This document shows positions 27,848 to 34,476 of a stretch of DNA of 34,753 bases, piece after piece. Numbering within the stretch: position 1 is the stretch's first letter; the number at the start of each line of letters is the position of its first letter. Below the pieces are notes generated by a model. It did no database searches. It saw nothing but the letters and a program-made list of their open reading frames with translations, and was not told the DNA's origin. The position numbers and the translations under genes are program-made. The DNA comes from a virus, in IMG/VR virus record IMGVR_UViG_3300007988_000043. One strand, given 5' to 3'.

Positions 27848-28179
27848 TTTTTCTCCCCAAAAATTTCTTCGAGCAAATCTAGCAAGTTGTTGGGATGGTG
27901 CTTTCCGCAGTCTGAGCACGGCTCTTTTTCTTCTACTTCAGATGCTTCAATGCCCTTTTCATAATGAGCTGCCAAAGCTTTGTTGAACCACATAAGGGCC
28001 TCTTCTAGTCTAGCTTGCCCTTCCTCAAAACAATTAATTCGCTCTTTATCGTCGCCGCTTTAGCCCTTTACAATTGCTGCCTTCCACAATTCCTCGGCTG
28101 CTAGTTTTAATTTTCTTGTATGTGCAGAAAATTCAGAGTTGTAGGTATAATTTAAACTTCTAAAAACATCTGTACGCAT
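27844..28179 (-). pseudogene. small phage protein (LEEALMWFNKA motif) interrupted by an in-frame TAA at 28060..28062
   Basis: ATG 28179 with GGAG 7 nt upstream. Thirty-nine codons, then TAA, then 72 more open codons in the same frame ending in ATGA coupling to the next gene. Confidence 0.55.
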
Positions 28180-28209
28180 AATTAATCTCCTTTTTTAGTT
28201 AAATTTTAG

Positions 28210-28494
28210 TTAAAACGGTATATCATCCTCTTGAAACTTTGATGCACCCTGTTGTTGTGGCTGGTGTTGTTGTGAATCATTTTTCGGGTCGAACATGCTG
28301 ACTAAAACACTGCTCGAGCCTTCTTTGTGTGGAAATCCAGCAAAGTTGACGTGGCGTTCGATAAACATGAATTTACCCCCGTCAGCATTTTGCATAATCT
28401 TCCCAACGTTGACGTATTGCCCTTTCTTTTGCCCGTTTTGATCTGTGTAGCTCCTGACCTTAACTGCCAGATTTTTTAGAGTTTTTGTTGACAT
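28210..28494 (-). CDS. short single-stranded DNA-binding-type protein with a DDIPF C-terminal tip
   Basis: The C-terminus QQQGASKFQEDDIPF reproduces the acidic SSB tail (DDDIPF) after a Gln/Pro-rich linker. ATG 28494 has AAGGA 8 nt upstream. Confidence 0.6.
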   Translation of the reverse strand: MSTKTLKNLAVKVRSYTDQNGQKKGQYVNVGKIMQNADGGKFMFIERHVNFAGFPHKEGSSSVLVSMFDPKNDSQQHQPQQQGASKFQEDDIPF

Positions 28495-28639
28495 CGAACC
28501 CATCCTTAAGTTTAAAAATTATCCCGTGATCGTCTTTTGTTGACCATCTCCCAACTGGCTTGTAGCCAATTTCCTTGAGGCTCTTCGTGTCCTCTTCTCT
28601 GCCGTAGCGCACTACAGGCAGTTTAAATTTTCGCTTCAT
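28460..28639 (-). CDS. hypothetical 59-aa protein
   Basis: ATGA overlap with the upstream stop. Overlaps the SSB start by about 35 nt. Below the track cut-off. Confidence 0.35.
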   Translation of the reverse strand: MKRKFKLPVVRYGREEDTKSLKEIGYKPVGRWSTKDDHGIIFKLKDGFDVNKNSKKSGS

Positions 28640-28839
28640 GCTGCTATTAGCGACCTCCGGTATGCGTCGCCCATCGCTGCGCCCACTCGCTTAACTTCCT
28701 CCCATCCAAGCTTGCTGACTTCCAGCTCTCTGGACGCTGCACGTTCCATCGCCGAAGCCATCGCATCTTTCAAATACGCCGGATGCTGATACTTTGGACG
28801 CCATGCTTTCGCAGTTGTTTTTTTTGCTGATTGATACAC
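28636..28839 (-). CDS. hypothetical protein
   Basis: GTG start immediately after the upstream TAA, with GGGGG 8 nt upstream. Confidence 0.5.
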   Translation of the reverse strand: MYQSAKKTTAKAWRPKYQHPAYLKDAMASAMERAASRELEVSKLGWEEVKRVGAAMGDAYRRSLIAA

Positions 28840-29628
28840 TTAATTTGCCCCCTGATACTTCCCCTCAGCCACCTTGACCAAGTTGTTGAACGTTGTTAAA
28901 AATTCAAAATCTGCTTTCCAGCCCCGCTGATTGTCGCCCCTCAAAAATGGGACTGTGGCTGCATACTCGAAGTATTCTTTCCACCACGCCAGGTCTTGGG
29001 GTTTCACGAGCTCATGCTCGGGCTGATTCCAGCAATTCTTGATGTGAGACTTGCGTTTGTCGTTTAGCACTAGCACTCTTGGCATAGCTGGCAAGAGATC
29101 GTGATACAAGTCCACAATTTTCTGATAGGGGATATTCTGGGATTTTCTTTTCTGAGATTTTTCTGACGAGGGTTGGTCAACGGAAGTTGACGAAGTACCC
29201 CCTCCCTGTTCCTTTCCCTGTTCCTTTCCTTTCCCTGTTCCCTGTTCCTTTCCAGGAGGTACTGCTACCGTAATGCTACCGTACTCGATTTTTTTATCAA
29301 TTAAATCCTTGATTTGACTAGGCTTTGGCTTGTTGATAACTTGGTGTCTCTCAAAGTTTTTAACTTTTCCATACTGCTTGCCATCGGTGCCTAAAAATAA
29401 ATCTAAATAACCTATTTCTGACAGCTCTTGAATGAGTACCGTAGTAGTACGTGACAGATCACGTAATGGAAATACATCAGCTTCAAGCAATTTAGGGTTT
29501 GCATTAAAATACCCCTCATCATCCGAGTGATTTAAAATCCCAATAGCTAACAAAGCTGCTTCAGAGCTAACAAGGGAAAGGCCCTCATCTCTCCAAAACT
29601 CTGGTTTAATGGTTCTAATTCTTGCCAT
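28840..29628 (-). CDS. putative replication initiation protein (winged-helix N-domain, conserved phage C-domain)
   Basis: MARIRTIKPEFWRDEGL ... DDEGYF ... FP is a recurrent phage replication-protein N-terminus. The C-terminal W/F-rich ...WKADFEFL ... AEGKY pattern resembles conserved phage replication C-termini. Confidence 0.6.
   Translation of the reverse strand: MARIRTIKPEFWRDEGLSLVSSEAALLAIGILNHSDDEGYFNANPKLLEADVFPLRDLSRTTTVLIQELSEIGYLDLFLGTDGKQYGKVKNFERHQVINKPKPSQIKDLIDKKIEYGSITVAVPPGKEQGTGKGKEQGKEQGGGTSSTSVDQPSSEKSQKRKSQNIPYQKIVDLYHDLLPAMPRVLVLNDKRKSHIKNCWNQPEHELVKPQDLAWWKEYFEYAATVPFLRGDNQRGWKADFEFLTTFNNLVKVAEGKYQGAN
29223..29272. repeat. CCCTGTTCCTTT-type short tandem repeats encoding the GKEQG linker of the replication protein
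   Basis: Read directly; the protein segment is GKEQGTGKGKEQGKEQGGG. Confidence 0.6.
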
Positions 29629-29842
29629 TGTTAGGCCCCCAAATTTCAGATGCATTATCCAAAAGGTCATAACGAGAAACCTGATCTTTAGTTGCCTTTT
29701 CTATTTTTATAGCCAGCGAAGGTGATGGATTGCGCCTGCCGTGATAAATTAGCCACAGCGCTTCTGGCGTGACGCCAATCTCTTTAGCTAGCTTCGGGAT
29801 TGTCCCACGGGGAGACTTATCAATAAAATCTCTAAACATCAT
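29615..29842 (-). CDS. Cro / YdaS-like HTH regulator
   Basis: IPKLAKEIGVTPEALWLIYHGRRNPSPSLAIKIEKATKDQVSRYDLL fits the Cro/YdaS pattern. It is the first gene of the leftward operon. Confidence 0.7.
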   Translation of the reverse strand: MMFRDFIDKSPRGTIPKLAKEIGVTPEALWLIYHGRRNPSPSLAIKIEKATKDQVSRYDLLDNASEIWGPNNGKN

Positions 29843-30091
29843 TTTTTCATATCTTTTGTTAGTTTTTGTAAGCTAACATAAGTTAGGTGACACGGCAAGA
29901 GTGTACAAGTATAATTTTGCTATACCAAACAAATGTATAGGTTTGCCCGTACAACTCTAACTTTGAATTTATTTTTTGTCAAATATCATAATGTTATTAA
30001 AAAAATAACAATTAAATAACAATTGTTATTGACACAATAAGCTAACATTTGTTAGTATAACCATACCACAACGACAACGCCAAGACGCTCA
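29843..30091. promoter_or_regulatory. divergent early control region with candidate promoters and operators
   Basis: Rightward GTGACA-17-TATAAT (29887..29915) and TTGACA-18-TAGTAT (30029..30058). Leftward TTGGTA-17-TACACT (complement of 29900..29928). Two copies of AAGCTAACATwwGTTAG (inverted repeats 29873..29886 and 30042..30055). Perfect palindrome ATAACAATTGTTAT (30016..30029). Confidence 0.55.
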
Positions 30092-30277
30092 ATGACCAAA
30101 TACCAAGTAATTCTAGAAGACGGACGCTATACCGTTGAAGAGGTCGAAGTTTTTGACTCATACGGAGCTGCTTTAAAAGAAGCTGGCAAGCTGAATGCAG
30201 ACTTGAATGAGTTCGATCACATGTGCAGACAAGCTGAGCATGAGCGGAATTTAAATTGTTTTTCAGAGGGCATCTGA
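30092..30277 (+). CDS. small early protein (FDSYG family)
   Basis: First ORF of the rightward operon; shares YQV ... FDSYGxA with the next ORF. Confidence 0.6.
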   Translation: MTKYQVILEDGRYTVEEVEVFDSYGAALKEAGKLNADLNEFDHMCRQAEHERNLNCFSEGI

Positions 30278-30486
30278 TGTATCAAGTTTGCATTACTTCA
30301 AACCCTGATGATTCGACAATCTACGAATTCGACAGCTATGGCAAAGCTTACTACTTCGCTAAAAAGCATCGGAGTATAGGCGCTAGAGTTATTAAGCGCG
30401 GTAAAAACCTTTTAAAGAATTTAGATTTTTTTGCAAGTTTTGAACAACCAGTTAGAAAACAAACCAGGAGAAATCATGTTAAATAA
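30277..30486 (+). CDS. small early protein (FDSYG family paralogue)
   Basis: ATG 30277 overlaps the upstream TGA (TGATG). Confidence 0.55.
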   Translation: MYQVCITSNPDDSTIYEFDSYGKAYYFAKKHRSIGARVIKRGKNLLKNLDFFASFEQPVRKQTRRNHVK

Positions 30487-30640
30487 AAAGCCTAGAATTA
30501 AAGCAGTGACGACCGTTAAGCAGATAATGGACTGGCTTGCGGATTCTCAATTAACTTATTTGGATTTTTTGGAACAGCTTGCATGGCGTCAAAAGATTTT
30601 ATCTCTAGAGCGTGCTGTCATCAAAAAAAGCATGCTGTAG
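30476..30640 (+). CDS. hypothetical small protein
   Basis: ATG 30476 with GGAG 5 nt upstream. Confidence 0.5.
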   Translation: MLNKKPRIKAVTTVKQIMDWLADSQLTYLDFLEQLAWRQKILSLERAVIKKSML

Positions 30641-30650
30641 GAGTCACGCT

Positions 30651-30845
30651 ATGAAAACTTATGAAATTTATTTCAACTACCACCCCGCCGAAGATCGCTT
30701 CTTGAGTCGCAAAGACCTGATTGCTGACAATTTGAATCAAGCAGCTATCCAAATTAAAGATTTGATCTCGAATGGTATTAAAACGTGGGTGTGCAACAAG
30801 AGCAATATTGGAGATAGCGCTATGTTTAACCATGGAGAGAACTAG
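30651..30845 (+). CDS. hypothetical small protein
   Basis: ATG 30651 with GGAG 7 nt upstream. Confidence 0.55.
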   Translation: MKTYEIYFNYHPAEDRFLSRKDLIADNLNQAAIQIKDLISNGIKTWVCNKSNIGDSAMFNHGEN

Positions 30846-30864
30846 GACGCTACATGACGTAGCT

Positions 30865-30885
30865 TGCCACGGATGGCACTTTTTT
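30865..30885 (+). terminator. weak intrinsic-terminator-like hairpin
   Basis: TGCCA-cgga-TGGCA followed by CTTTTTT. The stem is only 5 bp. Confidence 0.3.
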
Positions 30886-30957
30886 GAAGGTACTTTGCTA
30901 TTGTTGGCGCACATTCTCCGGCAGAGTGCCCCCCCCAAAAACAATGAAAGGAATTAT

Positions 30958-31392
30958 ATGAAATTTAAAACTAAAAGTGATTGGATATGGATGCCGCACG
31001 CAGCACATTTTTGTTGTGCTGATTATTGTAGGTTTAAGCTAGCAACATGTGTTGGTGATTATATAGTTTCTACTGTTGGCGAATATTATCCAGACAGTAG
31101 AGTTAGAGCTATATTTGCCGACTGTAGGGGTGTAGAAATAGAAGGTATTGGCCAAGAGTGGGATAACGACTACAACAATAAAATGGGAAATTATGGATTT
31201 GAAAATATTGGATCGGATAGACTTTATGAAACGATGGTTTTTGTAGCTAAAAAAACAAATCATAAATGCTGTCCTTATGTAATAGAGTCCGGTCATGAAA
31301 TCGACATGGCTGGCTATAACAGTCCAGAGTTGGCATATAAAGGGCATATGAGACTTTGTAACAAATGGTTTAAAAAAGGAAAACAAAAATGA
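30958..31392 (+). CDS. Cys-rich hypothetical phage protein
   Basis: ATG 30958 with AAGGAA upstream. The track ORF has an unlikely N-terminal extension. Sequence begins MKFKTKSDWIWMPHAAHFCCADYC. Confidence 0.6.
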   Translation: MKFKTKSDWIWMPHAAHFCCADYCRFKLATCVGDYIVSTVGEYYPDSRVRAIFADCRGVEIEGIGQEWDNDYNNKMGNYGFENIGSDRLYETMVFVAKKTNHKCCPYVIESGHEIDMAGYNSPELAYKGHMRLCNKWFKKGKQK

Positions 31393-32309
31393 GTTTATTA
31401 AAAAATCCGTGTGACATACAAGATAATGTGTTTTTAGCAGGTTTAATCTATGGGCAGCCTGGCGTTGGCAAATCAACGCTCGCACTCTCTGCGCCAAATC
31501 CAGTGTTGATCGATGCTGATAACGGCGTTCATAGGGTTGAAAAACGCTTTCAAGTGCCGTCGTTGCCTTTAAAATCTTATGATGATTTATTGACTTTAGT
31601 TAATAGCGATGAATTGAATCAATTTGACACAGTAGTTTTTGACACTGTGGGAAAGTTGGTTGATCGGATCGGTGACTATCTTATTAAAACAAACCCTAAA
31701 AACCGCCAAGCCGATGGTTCTTTAACTCTCAAAGCATATGGCGCTTTAAAAGTTGAGTTTCAAAAAATGATTAGAGCTTTTCAAGCCAAAGGTAAGCACT
31801 TGCTATTTGTTGCTCATGAAAAAGAAGAGAAAGACGGCGATGATAAAATTGTGCGTCCAGACATTTCAGGATCGTCCGGTAAAGACTTAGTCAAAGACCT
31901 GGATTTTATGGGATACATGGAAATGCGCGGAGATAAACGCAGTATCTCATTTAGCCCTTGCGGCAAGTTCTACGCTAAAAATAGTATGCGGCTACCAAAT
32001 ATTATTGAAATTCCCGAAACCACAAAGGGCAATACATTTATTGAAGACGTGATCATCGAAGGCTCAAGAAAGCGCAGAATTGAAGATGCTGAGCAAAACC
32101 AAAAATACATTGAGCTCAACAAAGAAATTGCAGGCATGCTTGAGAGCGTAACTGACGCCGACAGTGCAACTCAATTTTTAGATCATCTCAACAAAGTTGA
32201 CGCTATTTGGGACAGCCATTTGCAGGCTAAGCGCAAGCTTAAAGAGATAGCTAAAACCCTTGGCTTGGAGTACAGCCAGGAATTTAAAAAGTTTGAGGCA
32301 ATAAAATGA
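31389..32309 (+). CDS. Sak4-like / AAA_24-type RecA-fold ATPase
   Basis: Walker A in LIYGQPGVGKSTLAL near the N-terminus, Walker B-like VVFDTV, and matching size and layout. Adjacent to a nuclease. Confidence 0.75.
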   Translation: MSLLKNPCDIQDNVFLAGLIYGQPGVGKSTLALSAPNPVLIDADNGVHRVEKRFQVPSLPLKSYDDLLTLVNSDELNQFDTVVFDTVGKLVDRIGDYLIKTNPKNRQADGSLTLKAYGALKVEFQKMIRAFQAKGKHLLFVAHEKEEKDGDDKIVRPDISGSSGKDLVKDLDFMGYMEMRGDKRSISFSPCGKFYAKNSMRLPNIIEIPETTKGNTFIEDVIIEGSRKRRIEDAEQNQKYIELNKEIAGMLESVTDADSATQFLDHLNKVDAIWDSHLQAKRKLKEIAKTLGLEYSQEFKKFEAIK

Positions 32310-32887
32310 GATATCTGGTAACGCCATCCCTCTATAGCTCGTGGTATTGGTACAGAAAAATGGATGCCAAAACCAAGCAAGACTTTTTAGACACCCTCAA
32401 CAAAGTTAAATTTGAGCCCACCCCTGCTATGCAAGCTGGTATAGATTTTGAAAATGAGGTTGAAAAATACACTCTTGGAGATAGCGAGACAAAATCTGAA
32501 TGCGTTATCGAATTTGGAGAGTTGCTTATCGGGTCAATTTGGCAGGAAAAAGTTAGGCGAGAGCTTAAAATTGGTGAGTTTGATTTGTTGCTTTATGGGC
32601 GCACAGACGCGATTAAAAGAAACACGGTCTATGATGTCAAGTTTACCAAAAACTACACAGTTGGAAAGTTTGAATCCAGCATTCAGCATTGGCTTTACTT
32701 GTATTGCAGCAGATTAAAAGAATTTGAATATTTAGTCAGCAATGGTAAAGCCAACTATGTTGAGTTTTACACTTGGAGCGAGAATAGCTTAGAGCTTTTA
32801 AGCGGTCGTATAGCCGACATGCTTCAAGATATTTTTGCAGATAAAGAATTCAAAGAATCATTTATAAAAAATTGGAGCGCCAAATAA
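32306..32887 (+). CDS. PD-(D/E)XK (RecB/Cas4-type) nuclease without a Cys cluster
   Basis: GIDFENEV, GRTDAI ... VYDVKFT (D ... DxK) and IQHWLY (QxxxY) occur in the canonical order. Confidence 0.7.
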   Translation: MRYLVTPSLYSSWYWYRKMDAKTKQDFLDTLNKVKFEPTPAMQAGIDFENEVEKYTLGDSETKSECVIEFGELLIGSIWQEKVRRELKIGEFDLLLYGRTDAIKRNTVYDVKFTKNYTVGKFESSIQHWLYLYCSRLKEFEYLVSNGKANYVEFYTWSENSLELLSGRIADMLQDIFADKEFKESFIKNWSAK

Positions 32888-33072
32888 TGCAACAACACTT
32901 ATTAAATGTATCAAGTGCGGCTAAGTCTCTAGACATGACTGTTGAACGCTTCCGAGGCCTGCGCAAAAGAAATTATAAAGGCCTGGCAGAAATAGGCCGA
33001 CTAATCGGCAAACGACTTTACATGACGCCAGAAGAAATTCAGGCGTGGGCTAAAAAGTTTTGGGAGGAATGA
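32887..33072 (+). CDS. small HTH-like protein
   Basis: TAATG coupling to the upstream gene. LLNVSSAAKSLDMTVERFRGLRKR resembles an excisionase/MerR-type helix. Confidence 0.5.
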   Translation: MQQHLLNVSSAAKSLDMTVERFRGLRKRNYKGLAEIGRLIGKRLYMTPEEIQAWAKKFWEE

Positions 33073-33074
33073 TA

Positions 33075-33293
33075 ATGAAAAAGCAAAAACCAATCACACA
33101 GCTATTAAAAAATATCTTGAAAGATCACATTGAAGCTGACCAGGTTTTCACTCCCGAGGATGTCTCAACATTATTTAAAATTTTCAAAGTTCATGTGCGC
33201 AAAATGTATGTTGCAGTATTGCTTAGCATGCTCATAGAGCAGGGTTTTATTGTGAGGCTTGAGCGTTCTTTTTATATTAAATTAAATAAATAA
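33075..33293 (+). CDS. hypothetical protein
   Basis: ATG 33075 with GGAGG 7 nt upstream. Confidence 0.55.
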   Translation: MKKQKPITQLLKNILKDHIEADQVFTPEDVSTLFKIFKVHVRKMYVAVLLSMLIEQGFIVRLERSFYIKLNK

Positions 33294-33302
33294 GAGGGTG
33301 TG

Positions 33303-33617
33303 ATGAGGAGCATGATTTTACAAAACATTTATAAATCTGTTAAGAACTTGCAGTTTATTTTTAGGCCTACTTTTTGGTTTATGTCAGGGAAATATAGCCA
33401 AGAGTGGGATACAGAGTTTAACAAAATGCTTGAAGGGTATCAATTTAAATACACTCAAGGTTTGCATTATGCAAGTCTAGGAGGGAAAAAAATTTGGATT
33501 AGAAATTATCCCTATGGTGTATTTGAACATTATAAAAATAATAGATTGAGACCCTCAAGGCTGACTGTGCTAAAAGCGTATAAAAAGTTAAAGATCGAGT
33601 GCCCGTTATATTTTTAA
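33303..33617 (+). CDS. hypothetical protein
   Basis: ATG 33303 with GAGG 5 nt upstream (GTG 33300 is also possible). Confidence 0.6.
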   Translation: MRSMILQNIYKSVKNLQFIFRPTFWFMSGKYSQEWDTEFNKMLEGYQFKYTQGLHYASLGGKKIWIRNYPYGVFEHYKNNRLRPSRLTVLKAYKKLKIECPLYF

Positions 33618-33638
33618 TTAAACAAATAGGAGATTGGG

Positions 33639-33839
33639 GTGGACAGAGTGTACATGGTTAAAAGTTGTTATTTTCAAAAAACACAACATGGGGAAGAAAA
33701 TTATGCTCTTTCGTTATGGGCTACCAAAGAATTAGCTCTGGCTGCGAAAGAGTATATAAAAAAAACTAGAAACGACATTCATTGTGTGCATATTTCTGAG
33801 CATATAATAGGGGATTCTTTGCCAAAGCATTGGGAGTAA
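33639..33839 (+). CDS. hypothetical small protein
   Basis: GTG 33639 with GGAG 6 nt upstream; ATG 33654 is an alternative start. Confidence 0.5.
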   Translation: MDRVYMVKSCYFQKTQHGEENYALSLWATKELALAAKEYIKKTRNDIHCVHISEHIIGDSLPKHWE

Positions 33840-34134
33840 GAGCCTTTGGTGACTGGTTTTGAGTGTGAGTCTGGGAAACGAAAGTTATCAGAAGCAATCC
33901 TGCACTAGGGTTAGAATCTTACCTCTGTATTCAGAACCAGTCACGAAGGGCTTTGGCGGAATAGGTAGACGCTATCGGCGGTCGTAGGTAAGGTCAGCAC
34001 TAAGGCGCATAGGTTTAGCTCAACTTATCATGCCAGGTGACTATACGAGTTGTTCTAAATTATCTGAACCTCGGCAAATCCTGGCAAGTCCTTCACTAAT
34101 TAACTAAATTATTAACAAAAATGGAGTAAATAAA
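33840..34134 (+). other. 295-nt non-coding region: 19-bp long-range stem, three GGCG..TAGGT direct repeats, a second 7-bp stem and an AT-rich tail
   Basis: No ORF in any frame. 33842..33860 pairs with 33933..33951 (16 Watson-Crick pairs, 2 G-U, 1 mismatch). Direct repeats at 33955, 33977 and 34004. TGCCAGG/CCTGGCA at 34031 and 34080. Confidence 0.6.
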
Positions 34135-34476
34135 ATGACAAAATGTACAGACAATTTAACGCTTGGCGAAATTAAAGAGCTTATGAGCTTATTTAATAAG
34201 CCACATGCGGAGCAGAAAGAATTTATGCAAGTAGGGGGGTGCTATTTTATTAGAACGGTAACACTCCATTATGTGGGGCGCATAAAAGATATAAGTGATC
34301 GCGAAATTCTTTTAGAAGATGCGGCATGGATTCCCGACACTGGCCGCTTTTATAATTGCTTAAAAAATGGGGAGTTTAGCGAAGTAGAGCCTTTTTTAAA
34401 TCCGATTTGCATCTCGCGCGGTGCTATTGTTGATTACACCGCATGGCCTCATAAATTGCCCCGAGATCAAATTTAA
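34135..34476 (+). CDS. conserved-looking hypothetical phage protein
   Basis: GGAG 8 nt upstream of the ATG. YFIRTVTLHYVGR ... AAWIPDTGRF ... VEP ... GAIVDYTAWP looks like a recurrent phage family of unknown function. Confidence 0.7.
   Translation: MTKCTDNLTLGEIKELMSLFNKPHAEQKEFMQVGGCYFIRTVTLHYVGRIKDISDREILLEDAAWIPDTGRFYNCLKNGEFSEVEPFLNPICISRGAIVDYTAWPHKLPRDQI

Noticed and set aside
7366-27964. Many plus-strand track ORFs inside the minus-strand genes (e.g. 7366..7776, 8078..8326, 9322..9684, 10055..10405, 13421..13621, 14055..14303, 19019..19312, 21277..21531, 22057..22347, 24869..25201, 27292..27615), plus same-strand out-of-frame ORFs 21555..21764 and 21972..22205
   Set aside because: These are antisense or out-of-frame shadows of long, well-supported genes. 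They lack SD sequences and have low-complexity or biased composition.
29916-30002. 28-codon ORF (MYRFARTTL...) in the early leader
   Set aside because: It has no Shine-Dalgarno sequence and overlaps the operator and promoter repeats.
30621-32717. Track ORFs 30621..30944(-), 31039..31497(-), 32183..32380(-) and 32448..32717(+)
   Set aside because: They overlap well-supported plus-strand genes in antisense or alternative frames and have no ribosome-binding sites.
33291-33305. ORFs 33060..33293 and 33300..33617 share a frame, considered as a third in-frame-stop case
   Set aside because: The downstream ORF has its own GAGG plus ATG start immediately after the stop. Same-frame adjacency is expected by chance.
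33946-33978. AGGGCTT-TG-GCGGAATAGGTAGACGC resembles the acceptor plus D arm of a type II (Leu-like) tRNA
   Set aside because: No anticodon stem, T arm or matching 3' acceptor strand follows. It does not pair with the 3' fragment at 6384..6390. The segment is also part of the long stem and the direct repeats.
33840-34134. Hammerhead or other small self-cleaving ribozyme
   Set aside because: I could not find the CUGAUGA / GAAA core in the right arrangement on either strand. This cannot be excluded without a covariance model.
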